64,000 bases of DNA from Octopus vulgaris (Eukaryota), in contig OX597816.1 of assembly GCA_951406725.2 (NCBI GenBank), forward strand, positions 158,906,001 to 158,970,000, in the 5' to 3' direction. The notes beneath the pieces were generated by a model. It searched no databases. It was not told where the DNA came from and worked only from the letters and a program-made list of their open reading frames with translations. The translations under genes were made by a program, and so were the position numbers. This document shows, in pieces, positions 12,830 to 26,732 of the stretch (the first letter of the stretch is position 1; the number at the start of each line of letters is the position of its first letter).

Positions 12830-13329
12830 GGGGGGGGGGCGATCTTTCGATATTGGTACGTGACGCTATTCACCCGCACAGCCTTTCCCTCATGACATAA
12901 AGAGGCTAGGCTGAAAAAGAGGTGGATGACTTTCTCTCTTCACACAACACTCTTTAGACCAATACCGAAGGAATGCCCCCCCTCCACACACACACACACG
13001 CGCGTTATAGTTGTTGTTGTTTAATGGCTTCCCTCTTCAGGCTCTCCCAGACCACTTGAAATCGATGTCATTAACGTTTTTAAAACTGTTGTAAGTTACC
13101 GGTTTACAGTGAAAACACGGAACAGAGTGTGAATTGAGAGGCTTGGCGATCATAAATTACATGTCACACGCATATTGTATAATTTACACACATTACATAA
13201 CAGATAATGGTGTGTGTGTGTGGGGGGGGGGGGAGATATTTCTTTACATACGCTCAACTGTTTCGCCTAGCCAGACTCCCCACCACCACCACCATCACCA
13301 TCATATGTATACATTAACACACTCTTAAT

Positions 13330-14110
13330 CTAGCCAGACACACATATACATACATAACCACCACCTCACTTTATATGAGGTACCCCCACCAGTCATTCCT
13401 CTTACCCCCCCACAGACACAAGCACCGCCTTAGCCATACCCCTCCCCCCATACTATCTCCGTCCCATTTAGTTTAGTCCCTTGCACACACAACCGCCGCC
13501 TCACCCCCACGAGGCACACAGTCAGCCATCACCTCACACACATGAGGCACACACACGCAGCCATCACCTCACACGCACACACACACACACAAACACACAG
13601 CATCGCCTCATCTACACACAGTACACACACACACATATACATACACGCATACATACACACACATATACACGCGACCACTGCCTCACCTCCACGAGGCACA
13701 CACACACACAGTCATCACCTCACATACGGGCACACATACACACACACAGCATCGCTTCATCTACACAAGGCAAGCGCACACACACACATAACCACTACCT
13801 CACCTTACACGAGGCACCCCCCACCAGTCACTCCTATCCCAACATACACACAGTATCACCGCCTCACCTAAACACATTATCTCTGCATCGCCTACACACG
13901 AACCAGACCATTATACAGCCTCACCTATCTATACACAAACATACCTATTTATGTCCACACACACACACACATTATTACACCTACCTACGCACACACAACC
14001 TCATTTACTCATACCCACACCTACATAACCTCGCCGTAAACACACAGTCAGAGCCTCACCTATACACGTCCTACCCCCACATCACACACTCACTTATAGA
14101 TAAATGTCAC
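13330..14110. repeat. CA-rich degenerate minisatellite / low-complexity region
   Basis: Recurrent cctcacc...cacgaggcacacac motifs. Confidence 0.7.
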
Positions 14111-14571
14111 CAACACAAACTTTACTTATCCATTGTATATAAACCAACAACCCATGTGAACGTGTGTGGGCAGTAGGAAAATATTTCAAAGACGGAATTT
14201 CATCTCTTAGTTTGTCTCAGTGATTAATTATTTAAAAGTGGAAAATTTTTTTCTGCTAAACAAAGAAGAAATCACAGATCGGTTATGATTCATCGTCTTT
14301 AGTTTGGGTTTTTGGATTTTAAAGTATTTAAAATTCGCGTTAAGAAAACAGGAAACGTGATTTGAAATTGGAGGGAAAGTGATTGTCGTCGTTTAGTTTA
14401 GCCCTTGGTCAATCCAAATCCAGCAGATGAACAGTATTTCAGTTTTGACCAACTCGTATTAGATTCTGAAAGTTATACTTTAAAAACGGGTCGAGTGTGG
14501 TTTGAAGGAGATTCGGCAGCTATTTCTAGCAGGTCGAGGTCTCATCGTTGGCTCGCAGGTTGAATGGTTGG

Positions 14572-14955
14572 TCTTTTATCGTTTACTTGTTTCGGTCATT
14601 AGACTGCGGCCATGCTGGGGCACCGCCTTGAAGAACGAAACGACCACCAGTACCTATTTTTTTAAAGCATGGTGCTTATTCTACTCATCTCTTAGCCGAA
14701 CCGCTAAGTTACGGAGACGTAAACAAACCAACACCGGTTGTCAAGCGGTGATGGGGGACAAAGACACACACCAGCACGCACGTACACACACACATATATA
14801 CGACGGGCTTCTTTCAGTTTCCGTATACCAAATCCATTCACAAAGCTTTGGTCAGCCCGAAGTTATAGAAGACACTTGCCCCAGGTCCCACATAGTGGGG
14901 CTGAACCCAGAACCAAGTGATTAGGAACTAAGCTTCTTACTACACGGCTACGCCT
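14572..14955 (-). mobile_element. Family A SINE
   Basis: Full-length reverse copy, from tail tttacttgtttcggtcattagactgcggccatgctgg to head. Confidence 0.85.
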
Positions 14956-17074
14956 GAGAAAAGAATACAAGTAACAAAAGCGATGTAGAAGCGCAGAATA
15001 ATGAATTGCATTATAGTTATTTCATTAGGCAATTCAATAGTGATAATATTTTTGTCCGAATCATAGGGATCCATAAGCATGGCGGTTATCTCCAGTTACC
15101 GTAGCATAAAGAGGATGGTTGTTAAATCTTCCAAGACAGAATGCTGCTCTATCGCAAGTAGATTTCGCGACAAAAATGACTGAAAACCAAACTAATACTC
15201 ACCTATTCTACAGTACTACTGTTTACAGCCGTGAATTGTAACTATCCTGCAGTACCTAGTTAAAGCAAGTGGACTCATCTATTGAAAAACTATCTTCGTT
15301 TATGGAGGTACAACTAGATGGCTGCTGAAGGAAATTATCCAGTATTCACCCAGTCGACAAAGTCAGCCACGATCTTATTTAAATACTATACGAGACAGAT
15401 AATTTTTCTCGCTTCGGTTAATCTAAATCGTCGGAAATTCTATTTACAACTCACTGACGACCAATCCAATGAAAGCAAAGAAGTTTCCCAACGTCCGTTT
15501 AACGCCAAGAAACCGGAACGAAGCAGAGGTCTTGAAGAGACAGTCCTTTGGTAGTAGAGGAGACTTAGTAGAGATAAATAGCTTGCTTTCATTTGATATA
15601 TATAAAGAAGGAAAGAAACTTAACCCGAGATTTATAGTTTGAGAAAGCGATGATTTGTTAACAGATAAAAATCTTGAATCATGGACTGTGTTGTCTGCTT
15701 GATGTTTAACCCTACCCCTAGAACACCTGTATTGAGCAAACCTGTGATCAAAGGCGTTCCATTCGTGGCTATCTCTTCTCCATTTGGTGTAGCTATGACT
15801 ACATTATATAACGTCTCTTATTTTCAAGACAGTAGAGTTCGATGTGGGCGAGACTTGACATTTATTTCTAGCAAATCGAGAGACTATACAAAAACTCTAG
15901 TAGACACGAAAATATAAGACACGAGTGAGATCTGAAAGAAATTTGGTTGCTACTTCTTGCAGATTGAGAGTCTACGTAGATGCTTTCACATTGACGCTCA
16001 GCTGTATGATTATTCGTTCCCGTTTGTCAGAAACGGAAACCACGTTATGATAAACAAGGTTCGTCGGGAGTTTTACGTTTCCAGTGAATCACGAAGAGCG
16101 TTTTTTCTGTATATCTGATAATAGGTTATGATATACGTAAAAGATATACGTAAAAGGAAGAGTATAGTTTAGTCAAATGAATAGGGCCCAATATATAACT
16201 GGTATTTTATTTCATCTATCTCGTAGCGTCGAAAAGCGAACACGATCCAGAACGGTAATATTGTATTTGAGAACGAGATGGATGGAACTAAATATTAGTG
16301 AAAAACTTTGGTACAAGGTAGCAATTTCGGGGGAGGGCGTAAGTCGATTACATCAACCCCCCAACTGGTATTTATTTTATCAGTCCCGTAAGCAAAGTTG
16401 ACCCCCTGCAACATTTGAACTCAGATGGTCAAATCGGAAGAAATGCCACGAAGCATCTTTTCCGGCACGATTACGCTTCTGCCAGCTCGCTGCCTTAGGA
16501 TGGAATTAAATATTGGAACTTCTTTAGGCCGAGACTCTACCAGATTCACTATTCTCTACCACGACGAGAATCAATCCATCAAGATAGATCTCATGGGCGT
16601 ATAATTAAACTCGTTTGCAACCACGGAGTTTCGAGTTCGGTTTCACTGTGCATTACTCCACACTTGTTTCTAAGAATGCTAGTTCTAACATTTGGATTCC
16701 GCTACTTTAAATTCGAACCAAAAGTTTCCCGTTTATCAAAGACATAACTGGTTTTCATTTTAACTATAGTGAGATGGAAGATGATGAGGTGTGACCAAAT
16801 CGGAAGAAAGAAAGAGGTGGGATAGAGTTAGTGCGGTCAACGTTCAGTTTTTCAAGTTTTGATGGTTTAATGAGAAAACTCCTCCGAGAGATATTTTCAG
16901 AGATGGAATTGGTAATTCTATCGATAAAGGATTAGGTGATTAGATAAAGAACAGCGTAAGAGAGATCTACAGAGTTAGAGCAGAGTAAGACTCGTGAAAT
17001 CGTGAAATGGTCACGAAACGGGATTGAGTGACATTTATGCATTTGTCATTACCAAAGGCCTTATATATATATAA

Positions 17075-17234
<160 letters not shown>

Positions 17235-17245
17235 TATATGAATAT

Positions 17246-17659
17246 AGGCATTGGAGTGGCTGTGTGGTAAGTAGTTTGCATAACAACCACATGGTTCCGG
17301 GTTCAGTCCCACTGCGTGGCACTTTGGGCAGGTGTCTTCTACTATAGCCTCGGGCCGACCAAAGCCTTGTGGTAGATGGAAACTGAAAGAAGCCCGTCGT
17401 ATATATGTATATATATATATATGTGTATGCATGTGTGTGTATATGTTTGTTTGTCCCCACAACATCGCTTGACAACCGATGCTGGTGTGTTTACGTCCCC
17501 ATAATTTATTTATATGCATACATATATTCGGCAAAAAAAGACCGATAGAATAAGTACAAGGCTTACAAAGAATAAGTCCTGGGGTCGATTTGCTCGACTA
17601 AAGGCGGTGCTCCAGCATGGCCACAGTCAAATGACTGAAGCAAGTAAAAGAGTAAAGAG

Positions 17660-17660
<1 letters not shown>
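17246..17660 (+). mobile_element. Family A SINE
   Basis: ggagtggctgtgtggtaag (A box), gggttcagtccc (B box), CORE-like ttgggcaggtgtctt, internal TA/TG tract, tail ending (gtaaaaga)n. Confidence 0.9.
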
Positions 17661-18249
<589 letters not shown>

Positions 18250-18564
18250 GCTTCACAGTCGAGTGCTTGAAGGACGGAGATCGAGAACGCAAGCGAAATC
18301 GTATTAGAATAAATCCCACGATTTGGAGTATGATTTACCGGAAGTTTGCTGTCGACATAACAGTTTGTCTTTAACGTTATCTTCAACTGGGGAACAACAT
18401 AAGATTAATGGCGTCATTCGCAATGACCACCACCTACCACCCACCACTACCTTTACCGCCGTCACCACCACCACCGCCACCACCAATACCACCACCACCA
18501 CCACCATCACCACCAATAACAACAGCAACAACGTCGACGACGACCACGGCAGCGAGGCAGCTTG

Positions 18565-19165
18565 GGACCCTTAGCCTGGTTGCTCAATCTGCTAGAAATA
18601 GCAATCAAATTTTCCTCAGCTCAACAATCTTGAAAAAGAAAGAACACATCAGATAATTGAGGTCGTAGTTATGATATCTGAAAATAAGACAAGATGGTAA
18701 TGGTTGAATTGTCTTGATCACAGGTCTGTCTATACAGAGCTCATCTCGGGCTAAACAACAACGGCAGCTGAGACAACGAGCGAGCCTCTACGTAGTCGTT
18801 CGATATGCTGGAAATAACAGCATAATGTCCCTCAGATCATAACCTATTATTTTAAAAAGGAAGGCTAAATTCAGTAATGTAGTTTCAGATACACTGAGAA
18901 AGAAACAAAGATGGGATGGTCACGATTAGAACGCTTTGGATCAGGGAAGAGCTAGGGTTAGAAAACACCAACTACTGTATCATTAACAAGAAACCCCAAT
19001 GGGGAGCCTCTACGTGGTCGCTCGTATTGCAAAAAATAGTAACCAAATCTCCCCCAAATCAAATCCCATCAAAATCCATTTTCTCATTCTCTTTTTTAAA
19101 AAATACATTTGGTGTGTTTCTAGGTACACAGCAGGGTGGTCTCAGCTGGAATAACTTTAGGGTAC
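18565..19165 (+). repeat. Three head-to-tail family X copies
   Basis: Copies at about 18565-18765, 18778-18972 and 18990-19165 share gagcctctacgt.gtcg.tcg...gaaata.cag, gatggt and gggctaaacaacaac motifs. Confidence 0.7.
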
Positions 19166-19166
19166 C

Positions 19167-19670
19167 CTGGATGAGGGGGTAAAATAGATTATAGATATCC
19201 TGAATTAGGGAATGAACTGGATTACAGGTCTGAATTGGGGGTTAAATTAGCTTACAGTCTCATGGTTTAGAGGTCTGGATAAAGGGTTAGATTAAAATTA
19301 CAAGTTTCCTGGATTAGGGACTAAATATGATTATAGGTCCCTTGGATTAGGAGCTAAATGAGATTATAGGTTTCTTGGATCAGGGGTTAAATTAAATTAT
19401 AAGTCTCTTGGATTAGGGTTTAAATTAGATAATAGATCTACTGGATTATTGGTTAAATTGGGTTAAAAGTATCTTGAATTAAGGATTGAATTAGATAAAA
19501 GGTCTTCTGTATTAGGGATTAAATTGGATTATAGTTCTCATGAATTACAGGTCTGGAGTAGGGGTTAAATTGAATTACAGGTTTTCTGGATTAGGAGCTA
19601 AATTCGATTATAGGTTTCCTGGAATAGGGGCTAAATAAGATTATAATTGTCTTGGATTAGGGTTAAAATA
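19167..19670 (+). repeat. 33-bp minisatellite, about 15 diverged units
   Basis: Consensus approximately ytggattaggggttaaattagattataggtctc; consecutive 33-bp units were counted by eye. Confidence 0.9.
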
Positions 19671-19709
19671 CAATGGACTACACCCCAGCAACACCAACAG
19701 CATGATAAA

Positions 19710-20560
19710 GAGACCACAACTACCACCACAACTACCACCAAAACTACTATTAAAACCATCACACCAGAATCACAACCACTACAACGATACCACCACCACA
19801 ACTAAGCCATTACGCTAACAACCACTCTTCTACTACAACCTCAACCATTACTATGGTTTCTACCACTGCAGTAGCACTAGCATCACTACCACACAACCAC
19901 TACAACACAAACAGTAACACTGCCACCATTATTAGCACTACCACAATATACTATCACCTTCACCACACGCCAATATTACTAATACCACCACCACCAATAC
20001 AACAACCATCACAAAACACCATATGACCACCACTACAACCACCACCACCACCACCACCACCACCACAAAACAACATGTTATGACCACTACAACCATCACC
20101 AATATTACCACCGTCACACAGTATTACCACCACCACCACCACCACCACCACCACCACAGCAACAACAACACACCATTGCTACCACCACCACCAATACAAT
20201 AACCGCCACAAAATATTTGATCACAATACAACCATCACCAATACTACCACCGCCACACAATATTACCACCACCACCACCACCACCACCACCACAACAGAC
20301 TATTACTATAACCATAACACACCATTATCACCGACGCTACCATCACGACAACAAACCACGACCACCACAACAGACTATTACTATAACCATAACACACCAT
20401 TATCACCGCCGCTACAATCACGACAACAAACCACGACCACCACAACAGACTATTACTATAACCATAACACACCATTATCACCGCCGCTACCATCACGACA
20501 ACAAACCACGACCACCACCATCACAGCACAGCAAGGGCACCACAACAACACAGCAACATG
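19710..20560. repeat. CCA/ACA-rich low-complexity tract containing three 75-bp tandem units
   Basis: cacaacagactattactataacc begins at 20291, 20366 and 20441. Confidence 0.9.
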
Positions 20561-20816
20561 TTAAAAATGGAAAGCAACAATAGATAAATGTAATCCTACA
20601 AGCATGAAAAAAAAATATTTAAAAAATAAGAAAAAAATCCCAAACGGTCACAACTGGAAATACAATTCATCATAAGGGTGGACTGAACTGGATCAAAGAC
20701 GACCGAGGGCTAAACAACGCAAACACTAACACGCACACACACACATACGACGCGAGCGCGCACACATACACACAAATAGTTAAGAGTGAGTAATGAAAAA
20801 GTTTGTGTTACGTTAC

Positions 20817-20980
20817 CTGAGTCTCACCACGAAGTGTGAAATAACAGAGACGACGAAGACGGCGGCGGCGGAGGCGGAGACGGCGTCGACGGCGACAACT
20901 ATTATAACGCAAACCTTAACAAAAGTAACTTATATAGTAAGTAAAGTAGTGTTGTGTTGTTTGTTATATAGCTGACTCAC
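20817..20980 (-). other. Candidate non-coding 5' exon (donor CAG|GTAACG)
   Basis: CpG-rich unique island (gccgccgcc, gtcgac), donor at 20817/20816, no ATG; AP-1 motif near 20974 and a GA-rich tract upstream. Confidence 0.45.
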
Positions 20981-21088
20981 ACTTCCAAGAACACACCTCA
21001 ATCTTCTCTGAAATCCTTCACAGCTCTCTCTTTCTCTCTTTCGCTTTATCTCTCTTTCGCTTTATCTCTCTTTCTCTTTCGCTGTCTA

Positions 21089-21128
<40 letters not shown>

Positions 21129-21270
21129 CTCCCTCCCTCCCTCCGTCCCTCTTTCTTACGTTCTAATCTAACTTCGTCATTTTTCGATGACTGGTTCACT
21201 TAACATACTACACGCAGAAGGCATCCCTGGGAAATATTCCAACAGATATATATATATATATACATGTGTG

Positions 21271-21313
<43 letters not shown>

Positions 21314-21314
21314 G

Positions 21315-21372
<58 letters not shown>

Positions 21373-21606
21373 TGTATGTATGTATGTATGTATCTATCTA
21401 TCTATCTATCTATCTATATATATATATATATATATATATTACGTTATGTAATTAGGGCTCAGTAAAATAATTTACTTTACCACACACTGAAACTTCAATA
21501 ATAAAAGGGTAAAATCAATTAATTATTAATTAATTTCACCAAGTAGTGTTCAGTATGTAAAAGGACCATTCAAGACACATTCATGCACACAAAAACACGT
21601 ACACAG

Positions 21607-21719
<113 letters not shown>

Positions 21720-21969
21720 ACGTTACACACACACACACACACAATCATATATATATAATTATATACACTCACCCTCACACAAAGAACTGGCATCAGTATT
21801 TGTTTCTCAGTCTCTATACCTGAATGTGTTATGTGTCTTGCAAAGTTCCGGAACTGATGTACATTTATAAAAGTCTCCATTTTATGTTCCCTTTGTCCAT
21901 TACATAAACTAATGTTTTGTATCGAGATGGCTTTAGATTTAAAACTTCACAGAATACTTTACACATATA

Positions 21970-22096
21970 TTATGTATGTATGTATGTGTGCGTGTGTGTG
22001 TATGTGTATGTGTATATATAATATATATGTCTGTATATATAAACATATGCATAGAGATATAAACATATAGATAGAGATATATGCATATCTGCATGT

Positions 22097-22158
<62 letters not shown>

Positions 22159-22214
22159 CCATACATATATATATATACATACATATATATATATATCCAT
22201 GCATATATATATAC

Positions 22215-22247
<33 letters not shown>

Positions 22248-22343
22248 CATATATATATACATGCATATACTTTGATACTTACTTTGATAGGTTTCGGCCA
22301 TTATTGGCCCAGGCCATGTCTAACTTAATAGCACCACCTGGAA

Positions 22344-22374
<31 letters not shown>

Positions 22375-22488
22375 CATATATATATACATACATATATATA
22401 TATACATGCTTATATATATATACATACATATATATACATGCTTATATATATACATATATATACATACATATATATATACATGCATACA

Positions 22489-22520
<32 letters not shown>

Positions 22521-22526
22521 CATACA

Positions 22527-22558
<32 letters not shown>

Positions 22559-22573
22559 CATACATATACATAC

Positions 22574-22633
<60 letters not shown>

Positions 22634-22713
22634 CACACACTCACCACACATGTATATATGTATATATATATATTTTGATTTTGATTTTTGATTTTTGATT
22701 TTTCCAGTTTCAG

Positions 22714-22778
<65 letters not shown>

Positions 22779-22837
22779 GTATATATATATGTATATATAT
22801 GTATATATATATGTATATATATATGTATATATATATG

Positions 22838-22933
<96 letters not shown>

Positions 22934-22985
22934 GTATATATATATGTATATATATATACATATAGATATATACATATAGATATAT
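21970..22985. repeat. Long (TA)n/(TACA)n microsatellite with small embedded islands
   Basis: Directly visible. Confidence 0.95.
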
Positions 22986-23150
22986 ATAAATTGATAAAAA
23001 TGGTGAGACAACAAAAGAAAGAGACGTCGATATTATGTAAACAGATGAATTTATAATAAACATAAGTTTCAGAGTGAATCAAAGGTTGAGAGTTTCGTAT
23101 ATAATATACATATATGTGTGTGTGCTTGTATGTATATTTGTGTGTGTGTA

Positions 23151-23186
<36 letters not shown>

Positions 23187-23281
23187 CATATATTTAAACA
23201 CACACACACCTATGCCTTATATATGTAAATATAAATAGATGGATATAAGCGTATATATATACATGTTTAGTGATAGATCTA

Positions 23282-23384
<103 letters not shown>

Positions 23385-23448
23385 GTATCTATGTATATAG
23401 ATTCTCACACACATAGACACACACAAGTATAAACAGTCGTTTACTTAC

Positions 23449-23680
23449 CTAGTTACGATGATGTATGTGTGTGGTGGGTGGGTGAAATCGAGCGGGAGAA
23501 AGTCCGTGAGAGGAGAGAAAGACAGTGAGAGAGATGGGGAGAGAGGGAGAGAGAGAAAGAGATAGAGGGAGGAAGAAAGAGAGATAAGTGGAAAAGCAGA
23601 AAGTGTGAAAGAGAGGATGTAATAGGGTGCTTGATTGTATTGTTATAAGGCACACGAACATACATTCGCAAACATTCACA
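23449..23680 (-). other. Candidate non-coding 5' exon (donor TAG|GTAAGT)
   Basis: Consensus donor at 23449/23448, CT-rich leader-like sequence, CpG-rich region upstream at 23890-23950. 5' boundary unknown. Confidence 0.45.
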
Positions 23681-24116
23681 CACACACACACACACACACA
23701 TACACACGCACATCACTAACAGAAAGCAGGGAGAGAGAGGGGGGAGGGAGAGGAAGGGTTGATGGGTGGGGGTGATAGAGTGCGTGCGTACATGTGTACT
23801 CGTGTCAGAAAGTGTAAGTGTGTGCGCCTGTGAGGAGGGGAATGGGGTTGTGAGCATGTGTGTACTTTTGTCAAAGTGAGGTGGGTGACAGTGTGCGTGC
23901 GTGCGTGTGGCGTGCATGCGTGCGCGCGTGTACGCGTCCCCTTACGCAGTTATATCACAGGGGTTCAGGGGGACAAATTAGCTGAGTTCTTTCTAATATT
24001 ATTTCTCACTGCTTATCACATTAGATCATTTCTGTTGTCTTTTTTTTTTTTTTTTTTTCGGTATTTACCTTCGGTAACGATAGCAACGTGCATCCTGCAT
24101 CAACACCAATAACAAC

Positions 24117-24722
24117 ACCATCGTCACCACCACCACCACCACCACCACCACCACCACCACCACCACCACCACCACCACCACCACCACCACCACCACCACC
24201 ACCACCACCACCACCACCACCATCACCACTATCACCACCACCACCACCACCATCACCACTACAACCACCATCACCACCATCATCACAACAACCACCACCA
24301 CCACCACCACCATCACCACCACCACCACAACCACCACCACCACCACCATCACCACCACCACCACCATCACCACTACAACCACCACCACCATCACCACCAT
24401 CACTACAACCACCACCACCACCACCACCATCACCACCACCACCACCATCACCACTACAACCACCACCACCATCGCCACTACAACCACCACCACCATCACC
24501 ACCACAACAACCACAACAACTACCACCACCACCACCACCACCACAACTGTCACTACCACCACCATCATCAATATTACCACAAACCATTAGTAACACCACC
24601 AGCATCACCACCACCGTCAATACAACCGCCACCACCACCACCGTCAATACCACCACCACCACAACCGCCACCACCGCCACTGCCATCACCACCACCACCA
24701 CCACCACCACCACCACCGCCGC

Positions 24723-24755
<33 letters not shown>

Positions 24756-24800
24756 CGCCTCGCCGCCGCCGCCTCCGCCGCCGCCACCGCCACCGTCACT
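24117..24800. repeat. Long (CCA)n tract grading into (CCG)n
   Basis: Directly visible; the poly-Pro/Gly/Val ORFs are by-products. Confidence 0.95.
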
Positions 24801-25486
24801 AGTATCAGTGGCTACATTTATCCTTTGTTTTAATACTGATTCCTGTGTCAATATAACTCACCTTTTGTTTGTCGAAATGGGCAGCGAAGTGGCAGAGTCG
24901 GTAGAGCGTTGTCGGGCTGAATGTTTCGCTGTAATCGTTCTCACTCGCTTGTGCTTTGAGTTCAAATCCCGCCCTGGTCAGTTTCAGGGTCAATCAAAAA
25001 AAAAATTAAATCAGTCGATGGTGGTAGATTGGCGGAACTATAAAAATCGGACTGGATGCCTTGTAGTATTTGTTCTGCCTCTTTGCGTTCTGAGTTCCAA
25101 TTTCGCCATGGCCTACCCGTTAAACACTACCATTTAGCACCTGGAGTATCTTTAGCGGAGACCACTCTGTTACAAACGTTCGGGTCAAGTTTCCGCGGTC
25201 TGAGGATACTGTTGTCAGCCCTCCATCCCACGGGGCTCGGAGGCCCTTTAGTCTCTCCTGACTAAAAAAGATAATAATAATCCATTCTTATTTTGACACA
25301 AGGCTAGCAAGTTTAAGGGGCGGGTAAGTCGGTCACATTGATTCTAATAATGCTCAATTGGTACTTATTTTATCGACCCTGAAAGGATGAAAGGCAAAAT
25401 CGACCTCGGTCGGATTTGAACTTAGAACATAAAGACGTGTGAGATGTAGCTAAGCATTACGTTCGTTCTGAGTTTTTAAAAGAAAA

Positions 25487-25521
<35 letters not shown>

Positions 25522-25544
25522 ATAATAATAATAATAATAATAAT

Positions 25545-25814
25545 GATGGGTGGATCGTTCAACATCCTTAAACAATCCTTATTGAGGGACCTTTTGAACG
25601 GGATGGGCTACTCGACCAGAAGAAAATTCTAACTGGGTCCCACCTGCAAGGTCATGCGCTGTTTATCTTGATATGAGATCACCATGTTGTGCACACATGG
25701 TTGTGATGCGTGTGCTTGGTGTACCCTTATCAGACGGGTAGTCATGATGGGTATAGTGGGCTTCGTATATTTTACCCCAGTGTCACTTTGATGGCATGCA
25801 CTGCTCTCTCACTC

Positions 25815-25815
<1 letters not shown>
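25545..25815 (+). mobile_element. Probable LINE 3' UTR fragment inserted in (AAT)n (R4/Dong-like targeting)
   Basis: Discrete 270-bp segment with AAT repeats on both sides, ending ...ctctctcactc(aat)n. Confidence 0.5.
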
Positions 25816-25849
<34 letters not shown>

Positions 25850-26371
25850 TAATAATAATAATAATAATAATAATAATCACAAAAAATCTGGCAAACGTCA
25901 TTTGTAGATGAAATTTGTGAAAAATTTGGAGGGAACTGCTGTGTGGTCTTGTCATAAGGAAAAGTATAGATGCCATAAAGTCATAATTTTAATTCTCTAA
26001 AATTAATCAAAAACAACCCTAAATTTAAAGGTAAAGAAATTCTAAAATTGGATTAGAAAAATCAAGTCTGGAATCCCAATCAGAACAACTTTGCTTAATT
26101 TCCTAATGTGATTGGAAAATTCATTAACGCCGTAACCACCGGTTTCCTGATCGATAAAAATTTGTCGATACTCTTCAAAAAGCCAATAAAAAGTATCATC
26201 GTTGTTGCCGCCGCCGCTGACATTGCTGTTTGATTTAGAGTGCTGACTAAGTAAATCTATGATGAAAGACTTTCCAACCGTGGCCATACCATCTCTTTTT
26301 CTCAGGCATGGTTCAATCAGGGATGACGTGGACTAAAATTAACAACCGATGTAATCATATATACAAAATGA

Positions 26372-26436
<65 letters not shown>

Positions 26437-26642
26437 CATACATACAGAGAGAGAGAGAGAGAGTAAGAGAGAGGGTGAGAGGGAGGGGTAACGGTGCCGT
26501 ATTTCGTAATGAAACCCTAAAGGGTGATAAGTCAATACTATGTTCTACCTCTGTTAGCAGTGCGAGTCAGTCTCTGTAAAACAATGCGATTGAAGATAGA
26601 AAAATAGTTAATGGGTGTTTATGCATATATATATGCATATAT

Positions 26643-26732
<90 letters not shown>

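Noticed and set aside
15203-15330. Minus-strand donor TAG|GTGAGT with short ORF MSPLALTRYC...
   Set aside because: ORF terminates before the donor and there is no promoter-like context; could be chance.
19167-19670. Interstitial telomere
   Set aside because: TTAGGG occurs singly in a 33-bp unit, not as tandem hexamers.
24021-25137. 349-aa poly-Pro (formin/extensin-like) and 276-aa poly-Gly ORFs
   Set aside because: Trinucleotide repeat open in several frames on both strands, running into SINE sequence; no domain and little synonymous variation.
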